Shown here: one piece after another, positions 8,648-17,488 of the stretch | How positions within the stretch are numbered: the stretch's first letter is position 1 | Layout: every line of letters begins with the position of its first letter | Virus record (IMG/VR): IMGVR_UViG_3300012940_000038 | Location: 1 to 46,584 of that record | Strand: one strand, 5' to 3' | DNA from: a virus | Lineage: Duplodnaviria > Caudoviricetes | DNA: 46,584 nucleotides | Program-made: the position numbers and the translations under genes | The notes under the pieces: model-generated | Databases searched by the model: none | Told to the model about the DNA's origin: nothing | What the model saw: only the letters and a program-made list of their open reading frames with translations

Positions 8648-9486
8648 TGCCAATCACCACCGCCGGTATCAGTTTTGTTGTCTACGCATTGACCTCCCTT
8701 GCGTGGGCACCCGCCATAAACTGGCTGGCGGTGGTGAACCTTTTTGGAATGATCGTCGCATACTTGGCTGGGGTTTGGCTCTCAAATCCTCGCCAGGTAT
8801 GGACGTTCTTTTTGTGGATAGGTCTGGCCTTTGCAATTGACTATATCCTATCCCCGGATGTGAACCCTAATTATGCAGGTGCCTTCTTCGCTCTGGCACT
8901 AGCTGTTGCGCTGATAGAACTTCCGCTGATGGCGATACCTTACGCAGCCGCATTGCTTTATACGCAATCTCGTGGTGCGATTATCGCTGGAGCATCAGCC
9001 ATCATCATTCGCTACGCCTTTTGCTATCCGCTAGCCTGTCTCTTCATTGCCGTTGGCGCTCTTATCGCTGTGATGGAACAGAAAGTCCTTGGTGGTTCAA
9101 TGTATCAGCGGATTGGTGTATGGCAAGATACCCTGTCTCATCTAACCTTATTCGGCCATGGCCTTGGAAGCTTCCAGGCGGTCTATGAAACCTTTCCTGT
9201 CAAGACCAACATGGCAATGGCGCTTGCGCCGCACGCCTATAACGACTATCTCGAGGTTCTATTCCAATTCGGGATTGGTGGAATCTTCGGTCTGATCTTC
9301 GTCATGCTGATCATGGTTGAAGGCACTGGCCCTCGAGTGGTCCCAGTTACATTCTTGATCCTGGGCCTCACTTACTTCCCCCTATCAATCCCTGTCGTGG
9401 CGCAGGTCTTCACCTTCGCTCTAGGCACTCTCTCACAATCACTTCACGCCAACTATAGGAGCTTCAAATGGCGCGCTGGAGACTGA
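8644..9486 (+). CDS. O-antigen ligase / O-oligosaccharyltransferase (Wzy_C)-like multi-pass membrane protein
   Basis: Many hydrophobic segments plus NPNYAG, TQSRGA, YQRIGVW, LFGHGLGSF and HAYNDYLEVLFQFGIGG. Confidence 0.8.
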   Translation: MMPITTAGISFVVYALTSLAWAPAINWLAVVNLFGMIVAYLAGVWLSNPRQVWTFFLWIGLAFAIDYILSPDVNPNYAGAFFALALAVALIELPLMAIPYAAALLYTQSRGAIIAGASAIIIRYAFCYPLACLFIAVGALIAVMEQKVLGGSMYQRIGVWQDTLSHLTLFGHGLGSFQAVYETFPVKTNMAMALAPHAYNDYLEVLFQFGIGGIFGLIFVMLIMVEGTGPRVVPVTFLILGLTYFPLSIPVVAQVFTFALGTLSQSLHANYRSFKWRAGD

Positions 9487-9971
9487 CTGCCCCTCACTAC
9501 CTCATGGTGCAAGGGACCAACTGGGAATATAAGGAAGTCGATCGCAAGACGGGCCGACCGCAGACGGTTCGATTCCCTGTCCCGACTCTGCTCGACCCGA
9601 ACGATGTTTCCTATTGGACCCATCGCGAAGGTCCGGACTTCGGCATGATCATCGTGTCGAATGGCAACAAATCCGATCCGGCCGACATCATCTTTGTTGG
9701 CGATCCGACGCCGGATATGGTTCCCTTGGACGATGAAGCCAAGGAAATCTCTGCAAGTTTTGCGGAGAAGTGGAACCTCCCGGTCAACTTGCCTGACAAC
9801 TACAGCGAAGTTATTCTGGACACTCTCCAGAAAGAACTCGACGACGTTCGTACCAAGTCGCAGACTGTGCAGCTTGAAGGCATGGCCGAAATGCTCGGGG
9901 CCATGACTCAGATGATGCAACAGAACCAGGCCATCATTGCGGCCCTTACCAAATCGGAGACTCGACGCTAA
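9468..9971 (+). CDS. hypothetical protein
   Basis: 167 aa, AGGAG RBS, phage-like codon usage, helical C-terminus. Confidence 0.75.
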   Translation: MARWRLTAPHYLMVQGTNWEYKEVDRKTGRPQTVRFPVPTLLDPNDVSYWTHREGPDFGMIIVSNGNKSDPADIIFVGDPTPDMVPLDDEAKEISASFAEKWNLPVNLPDNYSEVILDTLQKELDDVRTKSQTVQLEGMAEMLGAMTQMMQQNQAIIAALTKSETRR

Positions 9972-10105
9972 TGCCCAGCAAGACACCGAAGCAGAAACGA
10001 ACGATGGCGGCTGCCGCCCACAATCCGAAGTTCGCCAAGAAGGTTGGCATCCCCCAGAAGGTTGCCAAGGAATTCAACCGCGCGGACAAGCGGAAGGGTA
10101 AGTGA
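9971..10105 (+). CDS. small basic protein (44 aa, MPSKTPKQKRTMAAAAHNPKFAKKVGIPQKVAKEFNRADKRKGK)
   Basis: Not in the ORF track. Fills the gap exactly, with TAATG and GTGA overlaps. Confidence 0.75.
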   Translation: MPSKTPKQKRTMAAAAHNPKFAKKVGIPQKVAKEFNRADKRKGK

Positions 10106-10488
10106 TGACTGAGGAGGATCACAAGCTTGATCCTTCTCTGTCCGAGAAGGACCTCCTTTTCCGGATCGCCCGCGAACTCACTACCATTCGCCAACAGATG
10201 TCGAAGGTCCTGTTTGCGATTAGCGAGGCGGAATCGGAGGTCCCGGAGAAGATGCGCCGGTTCATTATGTACATGCATGATATGCATGACGTGAAGAACC
10301 TCTACGACGAGCACGGCCTCGAAGTCCCTGCACATGTGCTCCGCGAAGTCGAACGGTGTGACGACCGTCTGCGCCAGCTTCTCACAGGCCTTCACACAGA
10401 CGGTGGTGCCTTCGAAAAAGTCCGGCGAGAAATGGCCAACGATCCGCTTAATCGTTGGGACCACACTCGCCTCCTTCCGAAAGGATAA
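10102..10488 (+). CDS. hypothetical protein
   Basis: Coupled helical ORF of 128 aa. Confidence 0.7.
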   Translation: MMTEEDHKLDPSLSEKDLLFRIARELTTIRQQMSKVLFAISEAESEVPEKMRRFIMYMHDMHDVKNLYDEHGLEVPAHVLREVERCDDRLRQLLTGLHTDGGAFEKVRREMANDPLNRWDHTRLLPKG

Positions 10489-10491
10489 CAC

Positions 10492-10854
10492 ATGGCTATT
10501 ATCTCCGGGGTAGGTTCTTCCCCATCCGTAGGCCCTACCTCCGGAGGTAAGGTCTACGCCTTCAATGCCCTTGATGCGGTGACGCCGGTGCAGGTTGCTC
10601 CGGCGAATCCTAATCGGCGCAAGATCACCTTCCACAATCCCGGCTCAGTTGATGTACTGATCTTTCCGCAGTATCAGCAGACCACCGGGTCGAACACTCC
10701 GCTGAATGTCACGACCTCGGCTCGTGGCGGCTCATTCCTTCTCTATGCGAATGGCGCCGATCGCACGATCGAAGGTGAATGCCAGGGCGCATGGTTTGCC
10801 TTGGCCGTCTCCGCAACCGGTAACCCTCTAACCGTGATGGATTCCAACTCATGA
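10492..10854 (+). CDS. small beta-rich putative virion protein
   Basis: AAGGA RBS, NPNRRKITFHNPG motif, no signal peptide. Coupled to the tailspike-like gene. Confidence 0.65.
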   Translation: MAIISGVGSSPSVGPTSGGKVYAFNALDAVTPVQVAPANPNRRKITFHNPGSVDVLIFPQYQQTTGSNTPLNVTTSARGGSFLLYANGADRTIEGECQGAWFALAVSATGNPLTVMDSNS

Positions 10855-12905
10855 AGCTTCGTTGTGATGGCATTACCTCCCTTATTCTGGGTGGCATTCT
10901 CTACTTCGGCTGCTTGCTGCCGGCAGATGCCCAGAACCCAACGTGTCCGACGAGGCCTCCGGGAGATAGCACTAATGCCTGCGCCAGTACGGCCTTTGTG
11001 CATTCGGCGTTGCCGGGTCAAATCCCGCTGACGCAATATCACTTTCTAATTGGTGATGCTTCAAACAAAGCTGCGGATACTGCCCTCGGTGGCGATTGCA
11101 CCTATACATCTTCCTATGGGATCGTCTGCACCAAGACGAATAACGTCCCCTTCGGGCCGTTCGCTACAGGCACTGACTCAGCCAATCTTACCAACCTAGG
11201 TGCGGACCTTTCGGCCTCTGGCGGCCTGCACGTAGGTGCCTTCACTGGCGACGTGTCCAAGTCGGCAGGATCGCTGGCAACCACCGTTACGGCGGTTCAG
11301 GGCAAGGCTTATCAGAACACGACCTATTCCAACGGCCAAGTTCCTACGTGGAATAGTGCAAATAATCGATTCCAACCTGGCTCTGGTGGGGGTGGTGGTG
11401 TATTCCCTGTATCGAATTATGGGTCTGTCTGTGATTACCGAGCCGCCAGCGATGGTGCAATGGCATCTGGGTCATCGACACTCACTACCTCAACCGGCCA
11501 GTTCCTCAGCACTGACGTTGGTAAGTACATTGCTGTCCAAGGCGCAGGCACGGCAGGTGCTACTCTATTTACGACCATTGCGGGGTATACGAACTCCAAC
11601 ACAGTAACACTGACCAACCCGAATGCGTCTGGCGGTGCTATTTCAGGCAAGTTCATTGAGTTCGGTACCGACGATACCGCGGCATTCCAGGCGGCTATTA
11701 ATGCCGCCATAACGAATAGCGGCGGCACAGTACAGATGCCGATGGGCTCTTGCTTCGTTACTCGACTGAACCTCGCTGGAATTTCTCTCTCAATCAATCT
11801 GCAGGGGTTTGGTGTCAATGGCACCAGAATTTTCCCCTTGCACAATTCCAGCTATGGAACCTCTAATGGTCATGTGATTGACCTCACTGGTTCTGCCTTT
11901 GTGAAGCTGAGCAACTTCCAGCTTGGCGCTTACTATACGTTGGCTCAACCTACGACCGGCATCTTTATGGCCCAGGTGGCTAGCAACGTATCGAACAGGA
12001 TTGAATTCTACCGACTGTATATCTCTGGTCAATACTCTGTGGCCACGCTGTATGATTACGGTGTGCCGTCGTCTGTGGCATGGGCGTCAGACTTCTACAA
12101 CTATACCCAAGGTGCCGGCTCGCATACGGTGATGTACTACACCGCCAATAATGCGGCCTCACTCACCTCCAGCTTTGCTACAGTCACATCTGGCACATTC
12201 TCTACCGGCGATTGGTCATTCTTCAAATGCGAGTTCCATAGGTTCGCTGGAGTGGGTGCAGCGTCGTCTGTGATCATCACAGAGGGCGTTCAGCTGCTTG
12301 GCTTCTATGGTGGTGTCATTTCCGGCGGTGCCAGCAGCTATGTACAATTCAACGGCACAAATGAGAATGTCCTATTCTCCAACATCGTATTCGAAACCGA
12401 GAGCGAACCCGTTGTTCCTGCTAATGCATATGCCATCAACGGTTCCCTTCGTGGATTGTATGCTCCACAGAGCTATTACATTCTCAGCGGGCAAATGTTT
12501 GGTGGCTCTGGAGCCCTGTCGGCTCTGATCAACAACACCCCATATCTGGCCAACTCTGGGTCAGCTATCAATCCAGGCACAACGTATGTTGGAACGGGTA
12601 TAGCTGATACTGTGGCTGCATCTAACGTCGCGTCGTTGATGACGGACACAGGTGTTGTTGCCAATATGCGGGCTACCACTTCGGCCTCGCCTGGTAGCGG
12701 GCAGTCTTATACGATTACGCTGCAGATAAACGGTGTTGACACAGGCATTACTTGTTCGATGTCAAATGCCGTTAACAGCTGCTCTGACACGACTCACTTT
12801 GCTAACGTACCTGCAGGTGCAAGTATCAACTTCAAGATCGTGTCGAGCGGTGGGGCTAACGTAACTAGGCTAGCTGCTTCTGTCTCTTTCACCCCCTTCA
12901 ACTAA
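10851..12905 (+). CDS. tailspike/depolymerase-like beta-helix protein with N-terminal signal peptide
   Basis: GTDDTAAFQAAINAA...GGTVQMPMG pectate-lyase-3-like beta-helix cap in a G/S/T-rich body. N-terminus MKLRCDGITSLILGGILYFGCLLPADA|Q. Confidence 0.75.
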   Translation: MKLRCDGITSLILGGILYFGCLLPADAQNPTCPTRPPGDSTNACASTAFVHSALPGQIPLTQYHFLIGDASNKAADTALGGDCTYTSSYGIVCTKTNNVPFGPFATGTDSANLTNLGADLSASGGLHVGAFTGDVSKSAGSLATTVTAVQGKAYQNTTYSNGQVPTWNSANNRFQPGSGGGGGVFPVSNYGSVCDYRAASDGAMASGSSTLTTSTGQFLSTDVGKYIAVQGAGTAGATLFTTIAGYTNSNTVTLTNPNASGGAISGKFIEFGTDDTAAFQAAINAAITNSGGTVQMPMGSCFVTRLNLAGISLSINLQGFGVNGTRIFPLHNSSYGTSNGHVIDLTGSAFVKLSNFQLGAYYTLAQPTTGIFMAQVASNVSNRIEFYRLYISGQYSVATLYDYGVPSSVAWASDFYNYTQGAGSHTVMYYTANNAASLTSSFATVTSGTFSTGDWSFFKCEFHRFAGVGAASSVIITEGVQLLGFYGGVISGGASSYVQFNGTNENVLFSNIVFETESEPVVPANAYAINGSLRGLYAPQSYYILSGQMFGGSGALSALINNTPYLANSGSAINPGTTYVGTGIADTVAASNVASLMTDTGVVANMRATTSASPGSGQSYTITLQINGVDTGITCSMSNAVNSCSDTTHFANVPAGASINFKIVSSGGANVTRLAASVSFTPFN

Positions 12906-12915
12906 GGAACGGAGC

Positions 12916-13143
12916 ATGAAACAAGGTAAAGCAACTCATTCGGGGACGGGTTCTACCAAAGTGGAACCCAAAGGCCACGCAGTCCCTCCGGCCTATGCGG
13001 CCTCGCTGGGATCGATGCGCGGCAATCACAGTGAGCGTGGAACCACCAAGCTCCAGACCATCCCAATGTACGAGGGCCGTGGTCTGCAAGCGCCGATGAA
13101 GTCCACCACCATTCACAACAAAGGCAGCCAAGGAAAGCACTAA
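12916..13143 (+). CDS. small basic protein ending HNKGSQGKH
   Basis: AAGGA/GGAG RBS, coupled to the next ORF. Confidence 0.7.
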   Translation: MKQGKATHSGTGSTKVEPKGHAVPPAYAASLGSMRGNHSERGTTKLQTIPMYEGRGLQAPMKSTTIHNKGSQGKH

Positions 13144-13409
13144 TGGAACTCTCAAAGGTCTACCTCCTGTTCGAAATCCTGCGTGAGGCGCGCGGGTATC
13201 CGAACCTCGGCAACATCGCCCGTGAGGCTCAGAAGCAGCTTCAAACGATCAATGACAATGTGGGTGCTCCGGCCGAGTCGCCGATGGATGCAGTGAACAA
13301 GGCTCAGTTCGTCGAGGAGCCGAAGTCCATCCCATCGGCTCAGTTCGAGCCGGAACCGACTGCGTTGGAGAACATCGTCGAACAAGAACCGATTGAGCGG
13401 AGGCTCTAA
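13143..13409 (+). CDS. hypothetical protein
   Basis: TAATG overlaps at both ends. Confidence 0.65.
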   Translation: MELSKVYLLFEILREARGYPNLGNIAREAQKQLQTINDNVGAPAESPMDAVNKAQFVEEPKSIPSAQFEPEPTALENIVEQEPIERRL

Positions 13410-13597
13410 TGGCGAAAGACATTCTCTCGCACTACGGACGCGATTCGACCAATCCGCAGTCTCCTCGGGCCACTTGTGGCGGAGTTAAGGAAGCCAAGCC
13501 GCTTCCCTACTCCCCGCCGAAGGGTCCGACGAACCAGATGCGCCAGGGCCCTGGCCTTGGCGGGACTGTTCACCCTAAGGGATCGCAGGGGAAGTAA
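13409..13597 (+). CDS. small basic protein ending HPKGSQGK
   Basis: GGAGG RBS, abuts tail tubular protein A. Confidence 0.7.
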   Translation: MAKDILSHYGRDSTNPQSPRATCGGVKEAKPLPYSPPKGPTNQMRQGPGLGGTVHPKGSQGK

Positions 13598-14686
13598 ATG
13601 ACCACCAACGTTGATGTTGTCAATCGTGCGCTACAGGTGATTGGCACGCGAACCACTGTCACAACGCTTGAGCTTGCGAACAACACAACGAACGAGGCCA
13701 TTCAAGCGAACCTTATCTTGGAGAAGTACCGCGACCAGCTTCTCCGCATGGCTCCCTGGAACTGCGGCATTCGGTATACCAATCTCTGGTATATCACCTC
13801 GGTTCCGGGGACGCCTGAGAACACATCGCCAGCAACGAATCTGTGGACCCCCGGCCAGCCTGCCCCGCCTTGGGCCTACGAATACTTCTACCCAACTGAC
13901 TGTCTTCGTATGTGCTGGCTTATCCCGTCGACGCAAACGGGCTTTGCTAACGGCGTTCCCATTACCACCGCTGTCACTGGCGGCGCCCCCGTATTCTGGC
14001 AGGGCCAGCCGGTTAAGTACAAGGTCTCGACTGATACATTCCGTCAGGCCACAACCCACACGCTTGTTTCTGGTGGCAGTGGCTATCAAGTCGGTGAGAT
14101 CGTTACGCTTGGTGGCAAGCCGTCTATTCAGGGCGAAGTCCCGGCCGGGCTTGTGCAAATTCAAGTCTTGACTGTCGATGGCACCGGCTCAATTCTGACC
14201 TACTCCTTGTATACATCGGATGTCATCGGCAAGACCGGATTCTTCTTCGCCGTCCCGACCTATCCGTTGGATCAGGTTTACACCACCGGCTTCGGCACCG
14301 GCGCCCAGCTGTCTGTCACAGGTGTTGATCTCAACACCTTCGCCTATCGCACGATCTTGACGAACGAAGAATACGCTACCTGCGCCTATGTCCGCCGGGT
14401 CACCGATCCTAATGCGATGGATGACGATTTTATCGAAGCCTGGGCCACAGTACTTGCTAGCGGATTGGCAATCGCCCTCACTGGCGATAAGCCTCTGGCG
14501 AACATGGCTGTTGGCTTAGCAAATAAGAAGATCGAACTCGCCCGGCAGCAGGATGGGAATGAAGGGCTTACTGTTAATGACGTAACTCCTGACTTCATCC
14601 GCATCCGTGGCATTGCCTGGACTGAATACTACAACAACGGTCCCTGGTCTGGCTTTGACTGGGGTGGTCTCTGGAGCAGCTACTAA
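13598..14686 (+). CDS. tail tubular protein A / adaptor (gp11-like) with inserted beta module
   Basis: VDVVNRALQVIG, LLRMAPWNC, WAYEYFYPTDCLR and DDDFIEA...LA..LAIALTG. Confidence 0.8.
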   Translation: MTTNVDVVNRALQVIGTRTTVTTLELANNTTNEAIQANLILEKYRDQLLRMAPWNCGIRYTNLWYITSVPGTPENTSPATNLWTPGQPAPPWAYEYFYPTDCLRMCWLIPSTQTGFANGVPITTAVTGGAPVFWQGQPVKYKVSTDTFRQATTHTLVSGGSGYQVGEIVTLGGKPSIQGEVPAGLVQIQVLTVDGTGSILTYSLYTSDVIGKTGFFFAVPTYPLDQVYTTGFGTGAQLSVTGVDLNTFAYRTILTNEEYATCAYVRRVTDPNAMDDDFIEAWATVLASGLAIALTGDKPLANMAVGLANKKIELARQQDGNEGLTVNDVTPDFIRIRGIAWTEYYNNGPWSGFDWGGLWSSY

Positions 14687-17488
14687 ATGGCCCAACCTAT
14701 TATCCAATCCTCCTTTAACTCGGGCGAATGGTCTCCCAACCTCTACGCCCGGGTTGATATCGAGAAGTTTCATTCTGGTGCAGCCCTGCTCCGGAATTTC
14801 TTCGTCGACTATCGTGGTGGGGCTAGCACACGGACCGGAACGAAGTACTGCCTACGTGGGTACAAGGATTCCACAGCCATTCGGCTCATCCCTTTCCAGG
14901 CGACCTTCTCGCTGGGCTATGTTCTTGAATTCGGTGACCAGTACATTCGATTCTATCGAAACGGCGAGCCTGTCCTGGAAAGCGGCCTGACGATCACCGG
15001 GATCAGCAACACCAATCCTTGTATTGTGACGGTTGCGAATACTTACAGTGGTAGCGGCGTCGATTGGGTTTATATCAGTGGCGTCAATGGTATGACCCAG
15101 ATCAATGGGAAGTACTTCAAAGTCCAGGTTGCTACCAGTGGTAACATCACCCTCTACGATCTGTTCGGCAATCCTGTCGACGCAACGGGTTGGGGAACGT
15201 ACACAGGTGGTGGCACGACGCAGCGCATCTACACCTTGGCGTCGCCCTACGCTGCCGCGGACTTGTCGATCGTCAAGTACGCACAGAACGTGGTCGATCT
15301 GATCCTCTGCCATCCGAACTATCAGCCCTATGTTCTCACCTACTCTGGGCCAACAAGTTGGTCACTGTCCCCTATTGTATTCGGAACGTCACTCAATCCA
15401 CCTTCGCCTGTCTTTGCGTCTTCAACATTCGCACCGGGTTCGACTTACTACAGCTACGTCGTAACCTCTGTAGATGTTAACGGACAGGAAAGTGCTCCAT
15501 CTACACCTGTAGCTTTGAATGGTCTGCAAAACATTGCTTTGGTAGCAGGCACAATTAGTATCTACTGGAATGGTGTTCCAGGCGCTGCCAGTTATAATGT
15601 CTACCGAACAAATACTACTCAGTACAATCCGGTTCCGGCGGGTGTGCCTTATGGATTCATCGGCACAACTACGTCGACTATTATGACTGACACTAACATC
15701 GCGCCAAACTTCGAAATATCCCCTCCGGTTGTTAGAAACCCATTTCTTACCGGCTCTGGCGTTCAGTCCGTTACTGTTACTAGTCCCGGTGCTTACACAA
15801 CCGCGCCGACTGTGACCTTTAGTCCTCCAGGCGGCACAGGTACCTTAGCAACTGGCTTCCCGGTTCTGACGGGTGATACAATAACCCTTGTCAATGGTGG
15901 GTCCGGTTATGTCGTCGATGATTTGGTCGTCTTGTCGAACACAATCATCATTCAAGTTCTGACAGTATCATCCGGCACCATTCTTACATTCGCTGTTATC
16001 AACAAAGGTACAGCATCGACTCTACCTGCCAATCCGGTTAATCAGGTTTCGACATCTGGGGCAGGCACAGGCGCTAGTTTCAACATTTCCTGGGGTGTGA
16101 ATTCTATCACTATCACAGACCCGGGGTCTGAATATGCGTCTCCTCCATCTGTAACCTTCTCTGCGGGCACGGCAGCAGGCACGGCAGTGTTGGGTCCTAC
16201 TGGAAATGGTAATCCTTCCGTGCCCGCCTTTTTCCAGCAGCGCTTGGTATTGGCAGCGCCGAACTCGTCTCCGCAGACACTCTATATGTCTCAGCCAGGG
16301 CATTACTATAACTTCAATGTCAGTTCGCCATCCCGGGACGATGATGCTATCACAGCGCAGATTGTCTCTGGGCAGTTGAACACGATTAAGGCAATGATCC
16401 AGCAACCGGCTGGATTGATCGTCCTCACAGACGGTTCGTCCTGGCTCGTCAACGGCGGTTCGTTCGGTTCGCCTGTGACGCCGTCGACGATCGTTGCCAA
16501 CGCACAGTCGTTCAACGGAACAAATGACATCCCGCCGATCGTGGTCGTCTTCGACATGCTCTACGTTCAATCGAAGGGCTCAGTCGTTCGTGACTCACTA
16601 TACAACTTCTATGCCAACGTCTACACCGGCACAGACATCACCATTATCCCGTCCCATCTGTTCTTCGGCTACCAACTCGTTGAATGGACCTGGGCCGAAG
16701 AACCCTTCAAGCTCGTCTACGCAGTTCGCAATGATGGGACCATGCTGACCCTGACCTTCATGAAGGAACAGGAGTTTGTTGCCTGGACACACTCCGATAC
16801 CGATGGTGCTTTTCAGTCAGTGGCCTCTACGATTGAACCAGCCGCTCAGGGTCCGGTGAACGCTGTGTACACGGTGGTCTCTCGTGTTATCAACGGTGTA
16901 ACGGTGAAGTACATCGAACGGTTTGCGGAACGGTATATGCCCAATGGTGTTGCCGATGCTTGGACCGTTGACTGTGGGCTCCAGTATGTTGGCGCTCCGG
17001 CGACTTCATTCTCGGGCGGTGAACACCTCGTCGGCAAAACCTGTACGGGCCTTGCGGATGGCAAAGTCATCACTCCCTTTGTGATGCCTGCCTCTGGTAC
17101 CTTCACACTCCCTACGGCTGCATCGAAGGTGACGATTGGCATCGGCTACACCTGCCAACTCCAGACCCTTCCGCTTGATACCGGCAATCCGACGATCCAG
17201 TCGAAGATGAAGAAAATCTCGGTAGCCAATATCCGCGTTGCCGAAACCCTGGGTCTTAAGACGGGTACGACCTTCTCGAACCTTGTGCCGATGAAGGACC
17301 TCGTCATCGGCAACGTCGGATCAATGACGAATACACTGGTTACCAACCTCGTTACCGGTGATGCACAGACGGTTCTTGATCCAAAGTGGCAAGAGATCGG
17401 TCAGTTCTGTATTCAACAGGACCAGCCGTTCCCCGCGACAATTCTGGGTTTGATGCCCGAACTCACAGTTGGAGATACGCCAAAATGA
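14687..17488 (+). CDS. tail tubular protein B / nozzle (gp12-like) with inserted accessory domains
   Basis: QSSFNSGEWSPNLYARVD, RLIPFQ...LEFGDQYIRFY, PSVPAFFQQRLVLA and EQEFVAWTH. Confidence 0.88.
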   Translation: MAQPIIQSSFNSGEWSPNLYARVDIEKFHSGAALLRNFFVDYRGGASTRTGTKYCLRGYKDSTAIRLIPFQATFSLGYVLEFGDQYIRFYRNGEPVLESGLTITGISNTNPCIVTVANTYSGSGVDWVYISGVNGMTQINGKYFKVQVATSGNITLYDLFGNPVDATGWGTYTGGGTTQRIYTLASPYAAADLSIVKYAQNVVDLILCHPNYQPYVLTYSGPTSWSLSPIVFGTSLNPPSPVFASSTFAPGSTYYSYVVTSVDVNGQESAPSTPVALNGLQNIALVAGTISIYWNGVPGAASYNVYRTNTTQYNPVPAGVPYGFIGTTTSTIMTDTNIAPNFEISPPVVRNPFLTGSGVQSVTVTSPGAYTTAPTVTFSPPGGTGTLATGFPVLTGDTITLVNGGSGYVVDDLVVLSNTIIIQVLTVSSGTILTFAVINKGTASTLPANPVNQVSTSGAGTGASFNISWGVNSITITDPGSEYASPPSVTFSAGTAAGTAVLGPTGNGNPSVPAFFQQRLVLAAPNSSPQTLYMSQPGHYYNFNVSSPSRDDDAITAQIVSGQLNTIKAMIQQPAGLIVLTDGSSWLVNGGSFGSPVTPSTIVANAQSFNGTNDIPPIVVVFDMLYVQSKGSVVRDSLYNFYANVYTGTDITIIPSHLFFGYQLVEWTWAEEPFKLVYAVRNDGTMLTLTFMKEQEFVAWTHSDTDGAFQSVASTIEPAAQGPVNAVYTVVSRVINGVTVKYIERFAERYMPNGVADAWTVDCGLQYVGAPATSFSGGEHLVGKTCTGLADGKVITPFVMPASGTFTLPTAASKVTIGIGYTCQLQTLPLDTGNPTIQSKMKKISVANIRVAETLGLKTGTTFSNLVPMKDLVIGNVGSMTNTLVTNLVTGDAQTVLDPKWQEIGQFCIQQDQPFPATILGLMPELTVGDTPK

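Noticed and set aside
6399-17488. Diversity-generating retroelement, suggested by the BPP-1-like virion genes
   Set aside because: No reverse transcriptase motifs and no template/variable repeat pair were seen.
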